Position numbers and translations under genes: made by a program. Positions 1 through 12,227 of a DNA stretch of 64,000 bases are shown here, piece after piece; the first letter of the stretch is position 1; each line of letters begins with the position of its first letter. This DNA is from Eledone cirrhosa (taxonomy: Eukaryota), in contig OZ024741.1 of the NCBI GenBank assembly GCA_964016885.1, positions 310,744,001 through 310,808,000 on the forward strand. Reading direction: 5' to 3'. The notes under the pieces were generated by a model that was given only the letters and a program-made list of their open reading frames with translations, made no database searches and was not told where the DNA came from.

Positions 1-29
1 TCTCTACCGATACTGCCAATCCACCGCCA
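1..29 (-). mobile_element. 5' head fragment of tRNA-derived SINE, cut by the window edge
   Basis: Reverse complement reads ggcggtggattggcagtatcggtagag, identical to the head of the full SINE at 61648. Confidence 0.65.
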
Positions 30-315
30 TTTGTTTATGTATAATAATAACAAACAATTGAAAGTCTTCAGCTATGAATGGAGACTGATAAGCAAGAGCC
101 ATCTAGCGGATTCCATGAGAAGTAAGGGCGGGTAAATCACAACGACCTTCATTATTGACTCTTGTCGCTATCAAGGCAGTGCTCCCTTATATGATCCCGT
201 TAAGGGTGAAAGCACCGATTTTTGTTTAAACTTTAAACTGTTATTTTAATATATATATATATATATACATTTACAAAGTGTTTAAACAATCACACCTTTG
301 TTTCATACATTTATT

Positions 316-362
316 TGCTGACAATTGTTTCTTCCAGAGGGATGTCTGGTTTCATCGGAGCA
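316..362 (-). ncRNA. Minimal type-I hammerhead-like motif (CCGAUGA core variant), PLE terminus
   Basis: Minus strand: tgct-CCGATGA-aa-ccaga(catccc)tctgg-aa-GAAAC-aatt-GTC-agca. Stems I, II and III pair, and stem-loop III is the palindrome ACAATTGT. Confidence 0.6.
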
Positions 363-844
363 TAGGGAATGTTTAAACAGGTGATTAAAATGCTAGTTAT
401 TCAGAAGATTTAGGTAGATACATAAGTGTTGTTAGTGTCCTAGACATCATGTAAAGAATCGGGAGTTAAAAAATGTTATGCTTGAGAGAACACAATTAGA
501 AGGAGCACTGGTGGAAAGTGCAAGAGGTACAAGCAACAAGTACAGGCCAAAGACGTTAGAAGCAAAGAAAAATATAAGATAGGATACACATAAGATATAA
601 GATATAAGATATCATAGTATTGGACATCAGGTAATGTTAAGGGTATATAATGCAGGAATTAATACAATCAATAAGGCATGTATGAGGAAAGATTTATATT
701 ACAGCTGAAATAAGCATATTTCGTGTAGAATGTTAAAGCATTGTTATAAGTACTTAGTACTACCCTCCATATTTATAATTATATATTAAACATATATAAG
801 TATAAATATTGTTATTACTATATACGTTTATTTATATTTATCTT

Positions 845-1056
845 AGTCCCGGTATCAATCGGAGGTATCCAGTTTAAGTATGAAACAAAATACAATTGTA
901 GGGTGTAAATATCACGTTTAATATAGACATGGCTTCTACAGTACTAGAACTATTTTATTCAAAAATAATCATCAGGAAATCAGTTTCCTGATGATTTCTT
1001 TGGATGAAACTATTCTAGTCCTGTAGAAGCGATTTCTATATGAAACATCATATTTA
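845..1056. mobile_element. PLE-type terminus with inverted repeat (~911-979 / 984-1050) containing an HHR at 983-1030 (+)
   Basis: gtttc-CTGATGA-tttctttggat-GAAAC...ctGTA-gaagc, mirrored by an inverted copy. Same family as 63050-63183; a further inverted piece lies at ~1555-1600. Confidence 0.55.
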
Positions 1057-1114
1057 CACACACATACTCACACATTTATGTATATGTATATATATATACA
1101 TGTATATATATAAG

Positions 1115-1146
<32 letters not shown>

Positions 1147-1291
1147 TGTATATGTATACATATGTACATACATATATATATATATATACATATATAGATA
1201 TATACATATATATATATATGTACGTATGTATACACACACATATATATATGTATGTATGTACATATGTATACATACATATATATATATATAT
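1057..1291. repeat. Compound (TA)n/(CA)n/(TACA)n microsatellite
   Basis: Seen directly; it generates the spurious YI-repeat ORFs. Confidence 0.95.
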
Positions 1292-1369
1292 AACGAAGGA
1301 AATGTGGTAAGGAACCAGATGGACCATAACGCACCAAAACACTCAATACTTAGCGTAGTAGAGTGGGTA

Positions 1370-1480
1370 ATAGGAACGAGTAGGACCCCGACGGCTGAGC
1401 TCAAACCGTTTCAACGGCTAATTCTGGACTGAATTAGCCGTCGAAACGGCTTGAGCTCAGCCGTCGGGGTCCTACTCGTT

Positions 1481-1485
<5 letters not shown>
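1370..1485. repeat. GC-rich fold-back, 55-bp arms, 6-nt loop, 2 mismatches
   Basis: ataggaacgagtaggaccccgacggctgagctc...attc-tggact-gaat...gagctcagccgtcggggtcctactcgttcctat, running into (TA)n. Confidence 0.9.
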
Positions 1486-1527
<42 letters not shown>

Positions 1528-1790
1528 GCATAGATATGTGTGAGTGTGTGTGTGTAAGTATGATGTTTCATATAGAAACCGCTTCTACAGGACTAGAATA
1601 TATATATCATATATATAGCTTCGTCTAATTGATTTTTTATATGGTTAATTATGCTAATTGGGAGAGGAAACTGTATATATTTTATCTGGTGATTCTATAG
1701 ACATGTTCTATGATATATAGCTCTGATTATTTAATTTATTAATTCTTCATTGAGCCACAAAGTGACCCGTTGCAAAACATATGTATCTAT

Positions 1791-1830
<40 letters not shown>

Positions 1831-1999
1831 CTCTATATGTAATAATCTCCCGTTAGGTTGAGATAAAATTTTGGCTGTATTGTGCTGCGCTTTCTAGCAA
1901 AATGCCTACCAGCCGTAAGCAACTAATCACATCCTTTCTAACTTGACCGCTGCCACGTCACGATTCTTAGGCATTTTTGAATGTATTCTTGGTGCGATC

Positions 2000-2537
2000 A
2001 CATACAAAGATTACAGTCATATTAAAGGACAAAATTTAAAGTTAAAATTAAAATAAAAATAAAACATTGGCAGTCTACTAAACTTTCATTTTGCTTTATC
2101 TTAGTAGACTGCCAATGTTTTATTTTAATTTTAATTTTAATTTTAACTTTAATTTTGTCCTTTAATATGACTGTAATCTTTGTATGTAAATTACCATGCT
2201 ATATTATTATGATGGATGTCAACCCACTGTGGTCAATATATACATATATTTATATATGTCTCTTGTGTTGAAAAGGAGGTCAAGTATATTAAAAATCACT
2301 GAATAATTGCACCGAAGACTCCAACACTCGGTTTGGAAGAAACAATTGTAAGCAAATAAATGATTTAAACAGAACTTTGTTTCATGTAATCTCTATATAA
2401 CTGCTCTGTAAAACAACTGATGTTGTTACATTGAGCTATTTATCTTACTGGTAATAAGATAGTAATAAATTACTGTCTTTCACTATTTAGGGTATAATAT
2501 ATATATAACTATAAAAGGTTTTAGTATATACATAACC
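2000..2537 (+). mobile_element. Non-coding PLE-type element with inverted 5' repeat (~2000-2081 / 2101-2188) and an HHR-like motif at 2306-2356
   Basis: Inverted arms are visible. Motif CCGAAGA...ccaacactcggtttgg-aa-GAAAC-aatt-GTA-agc. It ends in (TA)n and has a second dispersed copy at ~62140-62593. Confidence 0.6.
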
Positions 2538-2554
2538 ATAAATAGTATCCTTAA

Positions 2555-2644
<90 letters not shown>

Positions 2645-3176
2645 GTGTACATATGTATGTACATATGTATATATATATATATCTAAATGGCAACCCCACC
2701 AAGTTTTCTTGGTAAGGAGAGTGATTTTGGACACTCTGCAGCACAAAAAACAAAACCTACAAAGGGCGGAAGAACTCATAAGAGTCAACGGCCATCCAAA
2801 AGTGTTTAAATATGTATATACACATGCACCGCACAGTTAAACAACTGGGAGTGAAGGACCCCTAGCCTTTGTCAGGGCATTCTTCTAGGAGAAGGCAACT
2901 CTGGAAACTGGGATGACTCCGATATAAAATCTTCGGCTCAGTAGTTAGCGATGATGTTGATCTTTTCTTCTTTTCCAGTTATAGCTACTGTCGCTCAGAG
3001 AGTGGGATTGGTTCAGTGCACAGTCTTTTCTCACTTTAAAAAATATCTTCATGCACAGGCATTGCACGATAGAATTAATTAATAATTATTAATAATGGTA
3101 TATCATGCAATAGCCATATTCGATGACGAGGGGCAGCCATCATATATAAATGTATACATATGTACATATATATATA

Positions 3177-3318
3177 TATAGACGTTTGTATATGTATAAT
3201 AAAGCCAAAACAATGCAGGTATGGACATAGAATAAAGAATGCAAATGCATTTGCATTCTTTATTCTATGTTCATACCTGCATTCTTTTGGCTTTATTATA
3301 CATATACAAACGTTTATA
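3177..3318. repeat. Loopless ~142-bp palindrome centred on aaatg|cattt
   Basis: The arms are reverse complements with about 3 mismatches; the left side abuts (TA)n. Confidence 0.9.
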
Positions 3319-3701
3319 CCTCATTACACAATGCATCAAGTGAACTATAACCTCCTCCTATACATATATATATATATATTAAAATAACAGATTAGAGTCT
3401 AAGCAAAGAATTGCTGCTTTCACCCTTAACGGGATTTTCTGAAACAAAAAAAATCAATCTGTGAACGCAGAAGTAAATATTTCGAAAAACGTGGCAACCG
3501 AAGGAAAACAGGCAGACGATACTTTGGTTCGTGAAGACGTTCCCTGGCAATGAACGGAAAAAAGAGAAGATGATACGTCATTATGTGGAGCGTAGAGAAC
3601 AATTACACGCAAAGACAAAACCACGTATATGGTATAAATGAAGTCTTAGACTAATATTCTATTTAGGAAAGCGAATGATTCTCGGCTTTAGAGTTAAGAA
3701 A

Positions 3702-4022
3702 AATTGTTTCTACTTTTTGGCACAAGGCTAACAATTACCCAGTGCATTACTGGTACTTTATTTTATCGACCCCGTGAGGATGAAAGGCAAAGTCAACCTC
3801 GGCGGGATTTGAACTCAGATCGTAGAGTTAAGAATAATTATTTCTACGTTAGGCACAAGGCCAGCAATGACCCAGTGTATTACTGGTACTTTATTGTATC
3901 AATCCCGTAAGGATGAAAGGCAAAGTTAACCTCGGCAGGATTTGAATTCAGAATGGCAAGGGCCGTAACTCTATGCGCCAAAGCATGGCATCCAACACTC
4001 TACCAATACTGGCAATTATCCA
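3702..4022 (-). mobile_element. tRNA-derived SINE, tandem partial plus near-full copy
   Basis: Two copies of ...gttcaaatccc (B box)...ttgcctttcatcct...cggggtcgataaaataaagtaccagt...ccttgtgcc...agtagaaacaatt on the minus strand. Confidence 0.85.
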
Positions 4023-4721
4023 CCTAATGTAAATAAATTAGTAGAACGAAAATGACAGAGGTTATTGAAATCAACAATAATTAAATATATATATACACGC
4101 ATCCATCGTAGATACACATGCATACGCGAAAACACCTGCCATGGTATGCATATATAAGCACGTATACATAAATGCGCGCACACATACATAAACCCGTGTG
4201 ACACCTCTACCCGCACACATACGAACGTATACACCAAATACACATAAAAAAATGTGTATGTGTGTAATTATATAAACGTATATAAATATACACACATAAA
4301 TACATATATAACGCATTCACACACATAACTACAGGTAAATACATATATGTTCACTAAACAACGTCAACCAAAACACAAAGTACACATATACACACCTTAC
4401 ATACGTGCAAAGACGCATACACTCACAAACATAAAATACACATGTACCAGTATATATAATATAATATATACACCTATACCAAATACAAGCAAATATACGT
4501 ACGAGAAAGTATACGTACCTTTACAAAACATACGGGTAAGGTATACTTACCTATACAAATAAATAATGGTATAAACATAAAATATACTTAGCTACCACAT
4601 CAAGACGTAAATTATCCGCGTATTGTTCGTACTATCCGATAAGGTATAATGTGGGGCTGTAATACAGGAAAGTTTTATGCAATTTGTGTTTACAAGCCGA
4701 AATTGCCTCAGATTTTTTTGT

Positions 4722-5126
4722 TTAAAATGTGGTCATTGGCGTAGAGTATTTCCAGGGCTTTAGCGGCACAAAGATAAGATCGCATGGTCTTTTATTTCCG
4801 TTATATGATCTAGCCCTAGCAAGGATCTCCCGGTGTAACCTATATTGTGTGTGGTTGTCTTTTAGACTCCAGATATAAGCTGAAAGTGACGTCATATTAC
4901 TTTTTAAAGTCTTAAGAAAAGAATGGGTGTGCATGTAAAGACGCTGCTTGAATCTATTGGCGGTTAACCCTATGTAGGCCCTACGGGACGTGGGTGTTTC
5001 GACCTTACATTTGTAGACAATGTTACTGGAGAGGCATTTCGCGGATAGAGGGCATTCAACAAGATTCCTACAATTAGAGTTAGTACTATCGTATCCAGGC
5101 TGTTGTGTGTTGGACGAAACCGGCAA
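4722..5126 (-). pseudogene. Penelope-like element GIY-YIG endonuclease fragment
   Basis: NCR..CPLSAKCLSSNIVYKCKV..YIGLT..FKQRLYMHTHSF..TSLSAYIWSLKD..EILARA..CDL, the PLE Cys-rich linker plus GIY-YIG pattern. Confidence 0.85.
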
Positions 5127-5938
5127 TCAGTTGTGTCCACTACGAAGATCACTCTGCATCCTTCCCATAGTCAATATGTGCTGGCTCCTCTCGGTGGACA
5201 CGTTTGAAATGGTTGAATATTTGCATATTCCTTCAGACGAAGCCCTAATCTAATTTTCAGGTTTCACACCAAGAGAAATTCCAGGTCAGACAGCGAAGTT
5301 CTACCCTCGAAGATGTTTCTTGTAAGGTGAGTTAATGATGTGAGCATGAAACGTCTGAATGAGCCCGCTCAGAGAATGTGAATGCATTTTGGGGGAGGAT
5401 TGCTAAGGCAGAGCACTCGACCTAGCAATCAGGGCATTCGTAGTTTTATGGGCATTTTCGACGAGCAGACCTCAAACGTTTCCACCTTTTGTGGATTTGC
5501 CTTTGTTTAATTTTAATTGTTACCATTCTTTTATTAATGTTACACTTATTTGCACACACAACCCACAAACTGACACACGCACGTGTCTGAGTGTGTGTTC
5601 CTGTCGGTGTTTGAGTATATGTATGTGTAATTGAAATATTTTATGGATGAAAGGTTATGATACGCACTTACACACTCCCACACACACCCACACACACACG
5701 CACACACACACACGCACACGCACACACGCACACGCACACACACACATACACACACACACACGCGCACACACACACAAATAAATAAATAAATATATATATA
5801 TATCAAGTAAGTATGTTTTGAAACAGTGAGCGAGTTTAAAATTAGAAAATATATAGCTTTCACTGTATTTTTAACTAAAGGAATTTTAGCTTGATAACGG
5901 TGTTTAGAACCCTCAGATAAATGGAAAAAGATGAGTAT

Positions 5939-6009
5939 TGACGTACATGGGAGTCGAACCCACATCTGTGGTTATCGCGACCACTGTGCTACCATTACAC
6001 CAACACATC
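5939..6009 (-). ncRNA. tRNA-like cloverleaf with atypical anticodon loop, inverted copy
   Basis: Reverse complement of 6205-6275 with a fully paired T arm, gtggg-ttcgact-cccat. Confidence 0.65.
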
Positions 6010-6204
6010 ACCCATCTCTCTCCATTCAAATTAGAAACTACATTATAACAAACCCCGTTATCAAGCTAAAATTCCTTTAGTTAAAAATACGGTGAAAGCT
6101 ATATATTTTCTAATTTCAAACTCGCTCACTGTTTCAAAACATACTTACTTGCCATTTAAACTCGCTAAGAATGTAGTTTCTAATTTGAATGGAGAGAGAT
6201 GGGT

Positions 6205-6275
6205 GATGTGTTGGTGTAATGGTAGCACAGTGGTCGCGATAACCACAGATGTGAGTTCGACTCCCATGTACGTCA
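6205..6275 (+). ncRNA. tRNA-like cloverleaf (71 nt) with A box, B box and downstream T-run
   Basis: Acceptor gatgtgt/gtacgtc, D stem gtgt/gcac, anticodon stem gtggt/accac with loop cgcgata, T loop ttcgact, and TTTTTT at ~6285-6290. Confidence 0.65.
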
Positions 6276-6863
6276 ATACTCATCTTTTTTCCATTTACCT
6301 GAGGGTTCTAAACCCCGTTATCAAGCTAAAATTCCTTTAGTTAAAAATACGGTGAAAGCTATATATTTTCTAATATATATATATATACATATATATCACA
6401 GTTAATGTTGTTGATACAATGACATATCTCTTTACAAGATAACCCAAACATTCCTGCTCGACATTCTGAAATTATCAGTATAGATAATAATGTTGCAGAT
6501 ATCCTTATGTACATACAGGTATAAATGAGAAAACAATTATAAAATTTTATACAATATCAATATTTTTGAGATTATGACAAACGAATGAAACTGAATACGA
6601 CTATTGAATAACACATCGATACACTACATGACACTGACAGATTATATTTGAATATAATATTCCGAAACCATATGGAAGTAACAATCAATATAAGTAGCAA
6701 AATTACATTCACAAATATTTAAAATCTAACACTACTTATCAGTTTCTGCGTTATTTATCACTGATATTCTTATATTTAACGACAATAAATAAATTAATAT
6801 ATATATAAAATTGAAAAAGCGAAGAATAACATGGTTAACAGTATAAAGAAGGAAATTTATTTA

Positions 6864-6973
6864 CAGTCTAATAATTGTTTCTATGATGGAGTTGTCTAAA
6901 GATTGCTAAACACTGAAGTTAGTGGCACTCAATTTAAAATACATGCAACCCATATCCTTTCGTCAGAGAACTG
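6864..6973 (-). ncRNA. HHR-like motif with ~78-nt expanded stem II
   Basis: Minus strand: cagttct-CTGACGA-[gatatgggttg...caactccatc]-GAAAC-aatt-att-agactg. Related sequence occurs at ~22720-22970 and ~56150-56400. Confidence 0.4.
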
Positions 6974-7559
6974 AGAAAAAATACAAAATAGATGCGTAAC
7001 GGTAAATTTATAAATTCAAATTACTACATCAATAATAATATTAATAATAAAGATATAGAGAGAAATAAAGGAAAGGGGACAGATGGAAAGGAGGGGGAAA
7101 AAGAAAGACGAAAGAGAAAACGAAAATACAGTTAAATGCATAACCGGCAAAATTACGAAATCAAACTATCACATCAAAATAAAGATAATATTAATAATAA
7201 AGATACAGATAGAAAGAAAAGAGGGGGGAGGTTAGATGTATTAGAGGTAGAGAAGAAAAAGAAGGATGAATAAGGAAAAAGAGAAAGAGATAGAGAAAGA
7301 TGAAGAAGGAAAAGAAAAGCAGGTAGAGACAGTAATTGTTGATGAATACAGGCAGAGATAGGATGGAGAGAAGGAGGAAGATAAACAGACATATGAATAT
7401 ACATTAATACAAGAATAAAAGCAAGTAAAAAATAGAGATTTAAGTATAGAAACAAATAAATAAATAAATAAATAAATAAATAAAAGGATAGATAAATAAG
7501 CAGATAGATGAGTAAATAAACAATTTACATCTATTGTTATATAAAATGGTATAATATCT

Positions 7560-8250
7560 GAAACGTAGAGATGAGAATAAATAAATAAATAAATAAATGC
7601 GTTGAAGAGACTAATAAGAGTAGTATTAATGTTGTTAATGTTATTGCGAATAGTTATTGATGATTATACAATATAGATATATGTAAAGTTGAAAATATTA
7701 TAATTTGGATATATTTATGTTTGTTTTGGATATTTTAATAAGTACATTAACTAGTTTAAGATGTATTACATGATAAGATAAAATGATCGAGATGAAATAG
7801 GTTTAAGTAGAGAAATGCAAAGACAAATGGTGAAAGATAGAGGTGTATAAAATACTAATGAAAATACAACAGGTTCTGATGTTGTTCTTTGGTAATTATT
7901 AAAGGTGATAATGGTGCTGATAATGTAATATCGTAATAGATTCTAATGGTATAAAAGGGATAAGGAATAGAAAATGGAATTAAGTTGGTCTAAAGTTCTC
8001 GAATTTCGTTGCTGATTTGTGCCGGCAAAAAATAGGTCGTTCAATTTTACTGTTAAGAAGGGTTTTTCTGAAATTAAGAATTTGGAAAAGTTCCATATTA
8101 CAGATCCTGCAATGGGACATACCAGTTTGATAGGCCTTTGCCTCTGACAATATTGTCCAACTGATCTCTTATTCAATACTTGCATTCCTGAGTTGCCAGT
8201 TTTTGTTTGCGAGAGTTGTTGTATTTGATTGATTCTTATTAATCATCGAA
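7560..8250 (-). pseudogene. Highly degraded Penelope-like RT remnant
   Basis: Translation fragments RPI...GSVIWNFSKFL, LLRYYII..ITFNN and AFLYLNL resemble the PLE RT motifs RPII..GS..YNLSKFL, RYIDD..FNN and FLDL. Confidence 0.35.
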
Positions 8251-8328
8251 TGTCTGTGCACGTACCACCGTTTTTAAATTTTTTTAATATATATATATAT
8301 AGAAATTTTCTAATATATATATATATAT

Positions 8329-9025
8329 ATAGAAATTTGATTTCGCTTCAAGCATTTCGCTTCAAGTATTTCTAAAGACACACGGGATGTTTACAAGAAA
8401 CATTTAGGAAGCCGTAGCTATGCAAACACCGGGGCTAACGACCTCTGGTGCCGTCCAACAGAATCAAGGGGAACAACCGTCTATGCATTTCAGGCTTGAC
8501 TGGCATTCATCAGTTGCAAGCGGTGATATGGACCGACCTGATGACAGCCAGTCAAGCCTGAAAGATAGACGGTTGCTCCCCTTACTTCTACTGGAACCAC
8601 CAGAAGGCATTAGCCCCGTTGTTGCATACTACGGCTTCCTAAATGTTTCCTGTAAACATACCGTATTTCTTTAGGAATACGAATTTTCTATACATATTGT
8701 ATAAAGCTATGCTTGAAGCGAAATCTTATTTCTATTCTATTATAAGTTGAGCCAACTTATGCAGCTTCATATGCAAATGAGATTAATCACCTCATTTACA
8801 TAGATGAGAAAACTATATATTCTCGACTGTTTTCAAGTCCAGAAGTTGCAAGCGGTGAGAGAGACCGTCCTGATAAAGGCCAGTCAAGCCTGAAATGCAT
8901 AGACGGTTGTCCCCCTCGTTTCTACTTGACACCACCAGAGGGCGTTAGCCCCGGTGTTTGCATAGCTACGGCTTTCTAAAACCGTTTTTCTTCAGAAATA
9001 CGAAATTTCTATACACAAACATGTA
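8329..9025. mobile_element. Non-coding HHR element (retrozyme/pLTR-like): 332-bp tandem unit plus inverted copy
   Basis: gttgcaagcggtga occurs at 8513 and 8845, with an inverted arm at 8329-8513. HHR copies lie at 8476-8513 (-), 8532-8573 (+) and 8864-8907 (+). Confidence 0.75.
8864..8907 (+). ncRNA. Minimal type-I hammerhead ribozyme motif
   Basis: accgtc-CTGATaA-aggc(cagtcaa)gcct-GAAA-tgca-TA-gacggt: 6-bp stem I and palindromic ATGCAT stem-loop III. Sibling copies have an intact CTGATGA. Confidence 0.7.
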
Positions 9026-9323
9026 TATACTCATTTACTCTTTTACCTGTTCCAGCCATCCGGTTGAGCCCATCCTTGGGCACCGCACTTTTATATATAT
9101 AAATCCGCCCTTTATATATATAAATCAAAGAAAGTGTGGTAAGAAACCAGGTGGATCATAACGCACCAGAGTACTCTGATCTAGCTGTCGAAGATCAGCC
9201 TGCGAAGTGCTGACTCTTTTCTTTGCAAGAGATGTCAACATGAATGCACCTGTTATTTTTAATAAGACATTTTTTCAAATTCCATCCCGCCCGCCTCCTT
9301 AATCTATCTTATTTCTCATTCTT

Positions 9324-9360
9324 TCTTCTGATGAAGGACTAGCGTCCGAAACTTTAAGAC
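9324..9360 (+). ncRNA. Minimal HHR motif
   Basis: tctt-CTGATGA-a-ggac(tagc)gtcc-GAAAC-ttta-agac. Confidence 0.55.
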
Positions 9361-9458
9361 CCTCTTCCTGCTATATCAAGCGTTAAACTAATATATCTCT
9401 TCCATATACTGTTCCGATTGTGTTGTTATTTCTGTTTACCTTTTACATACATACAAAT

Positions 9459-10833
<1,375 letters not shown>

Positions 10834-10935
10834 CATTTTCTCCGGAATATAATTTATACTCGTTGAGCAAACCTGCACGTACGCTGTTCATCTCTAACGT
10901 ACCGATATATTATCACTACATTATTGATAACCTGA

Positions 10936-10995
<60 letters not shown>

Positions 10996-11165
10996 TTTAC
11001 TTATCGAGAAAGAGAGAAAAAAAGAGAGAAAAAAAGGAGGGATAGGTGATACATATAGTTATTTGCCAAGTAGCGTATGCCAAAGGTGCTCGATACTAGT
11101 GCCGGCAGTATTAAATATTCGAAGTGTTAATATTTAGTGGGCTAGAGAGTTAGCAGCGCGTAAGC

Positions 11166-12141
11166 ACGTGGGAAAGTGAAAAATCGGAGAATAGACCGTT
11201 AAAACATGTTTATTGAAAATATCACCTACGTACGTTTCGCCCAGTTGGGCTTCTCAAGGGCATAAACAGTCACAAGTGTTCCTTATATAGTTTGGAAAGA
11301 GATTTGGAGGTTAAATCGACATCAAGATTCATTGTTCGCAAAAATATCTTGTTTTGATTTTGCAGCAGGTCAAGGGAGGTAACTTTGGCCGGTGTTAGGG
11401 CAGTCTTTCCCGGATAATTTTTGGTATGCAGGGATCGTTTTCTGGGTGTTATTTTGCTGCGCCTGCCCGCCGGGGTGTTAAGACTTGTTGCAGGGAGATC
11501 CAGTGTGTTATTTCACTCTCCATTCTTAACCCATCTAAAGAAGGATATTTTTAAGCGATGTGTACAACTTATCGCTGTTTCATCTCTGCTGTTGATGAGC
11601 TCGTGGGGTGCAGTTATGATGTGGTAGAGCTCCATGAGGCAAAGATCGCATTTCCTCTTGAAGTTGTACGGTGCAGCCCTGTCGACAATCTCCCAGTGCG
11701 TGGAAAAGCTAATGTTTAAGTCCTTTAGTGATGTGATGTAGTCCGCGAGCGAGGTGCAGTGCCTTAGTTTTCTATTTGTGAAAGAGTGGAGAGTGAAATA
11801 ACACACTAGATCTCCCTGCAACAAGTCTTAACACCCCGGCGGGCAGGCGCAGCAAAATAACACCCAGAAAACGATCCCTGCATACCAAAAATTATCCGGG
11901 AAAGACTGCCCTAACACCGGCCAAAGTTACCTCCCTTAACCTGCTGCAAAATCAATACAAGATATTTTTACGAACAATGAATCTTGATGTCGATTTAACC
12001 TCCAAATCTCTTTCCAAACTATATAAGGAACACTTGTGACTGTTTATGCCCTTGAGAAGCCCAACTGGGCGAAACGTACATAGGTGATATTTTCAATAAA
12101 CATGTTTTAACGGTCTATTCTCCGATTTTTCACTTTCCCAC

Positions 12142-12143
<2 letters not shown>
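11166..12143 (-). mobile_element. 5'-truncated Penelope-like element: GIY-YIG C-terminus (11513-11786) with 357-bp inverted pLTRs (11166-11522 / 11787-12143)
   Basis: HSF..TSLADYITSLKD..WEIVDRAAPY..KCDLCLMELYHI..LINSRDE..CTH. The arms are near-identical, each has an HHR-like motif, and the right end is in (TA)n. Confidence 0.9.

Positions 12144-12227
<84 letters not shown>

Larger units (their letters stand above)
5803..6373. mobile_element. Non-coding element: 260-bp unit in tandem (6051-6310 plus partial repeat to 6373) with an inverted permuted copy (5803-6043), between (TA)n tracts
   Basis: aaccccgttatcaagc recurs at 6051 and 6311. 5803-6043 is the reverse complement of the unit. Confidence 0.75.

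Noticed and set aside
1040-2840. ORFs rich in YI/IY, HT/TH or VC dipeptides (also at 5546, 9418-9721, 12107, 25906, 50434, 60407, 63620)
   Set aside because: They are translations of (TA)n, (CA)n and (GA)n microsatellites, which lack stop codons.
6205-6275. A genuine tRNA-Ser(CGA) gene
   Set aside because: There is no U33 or purine 37 and no long variable arm, and it is embedded in a repeat unit. It is kept only as tRNA-like.
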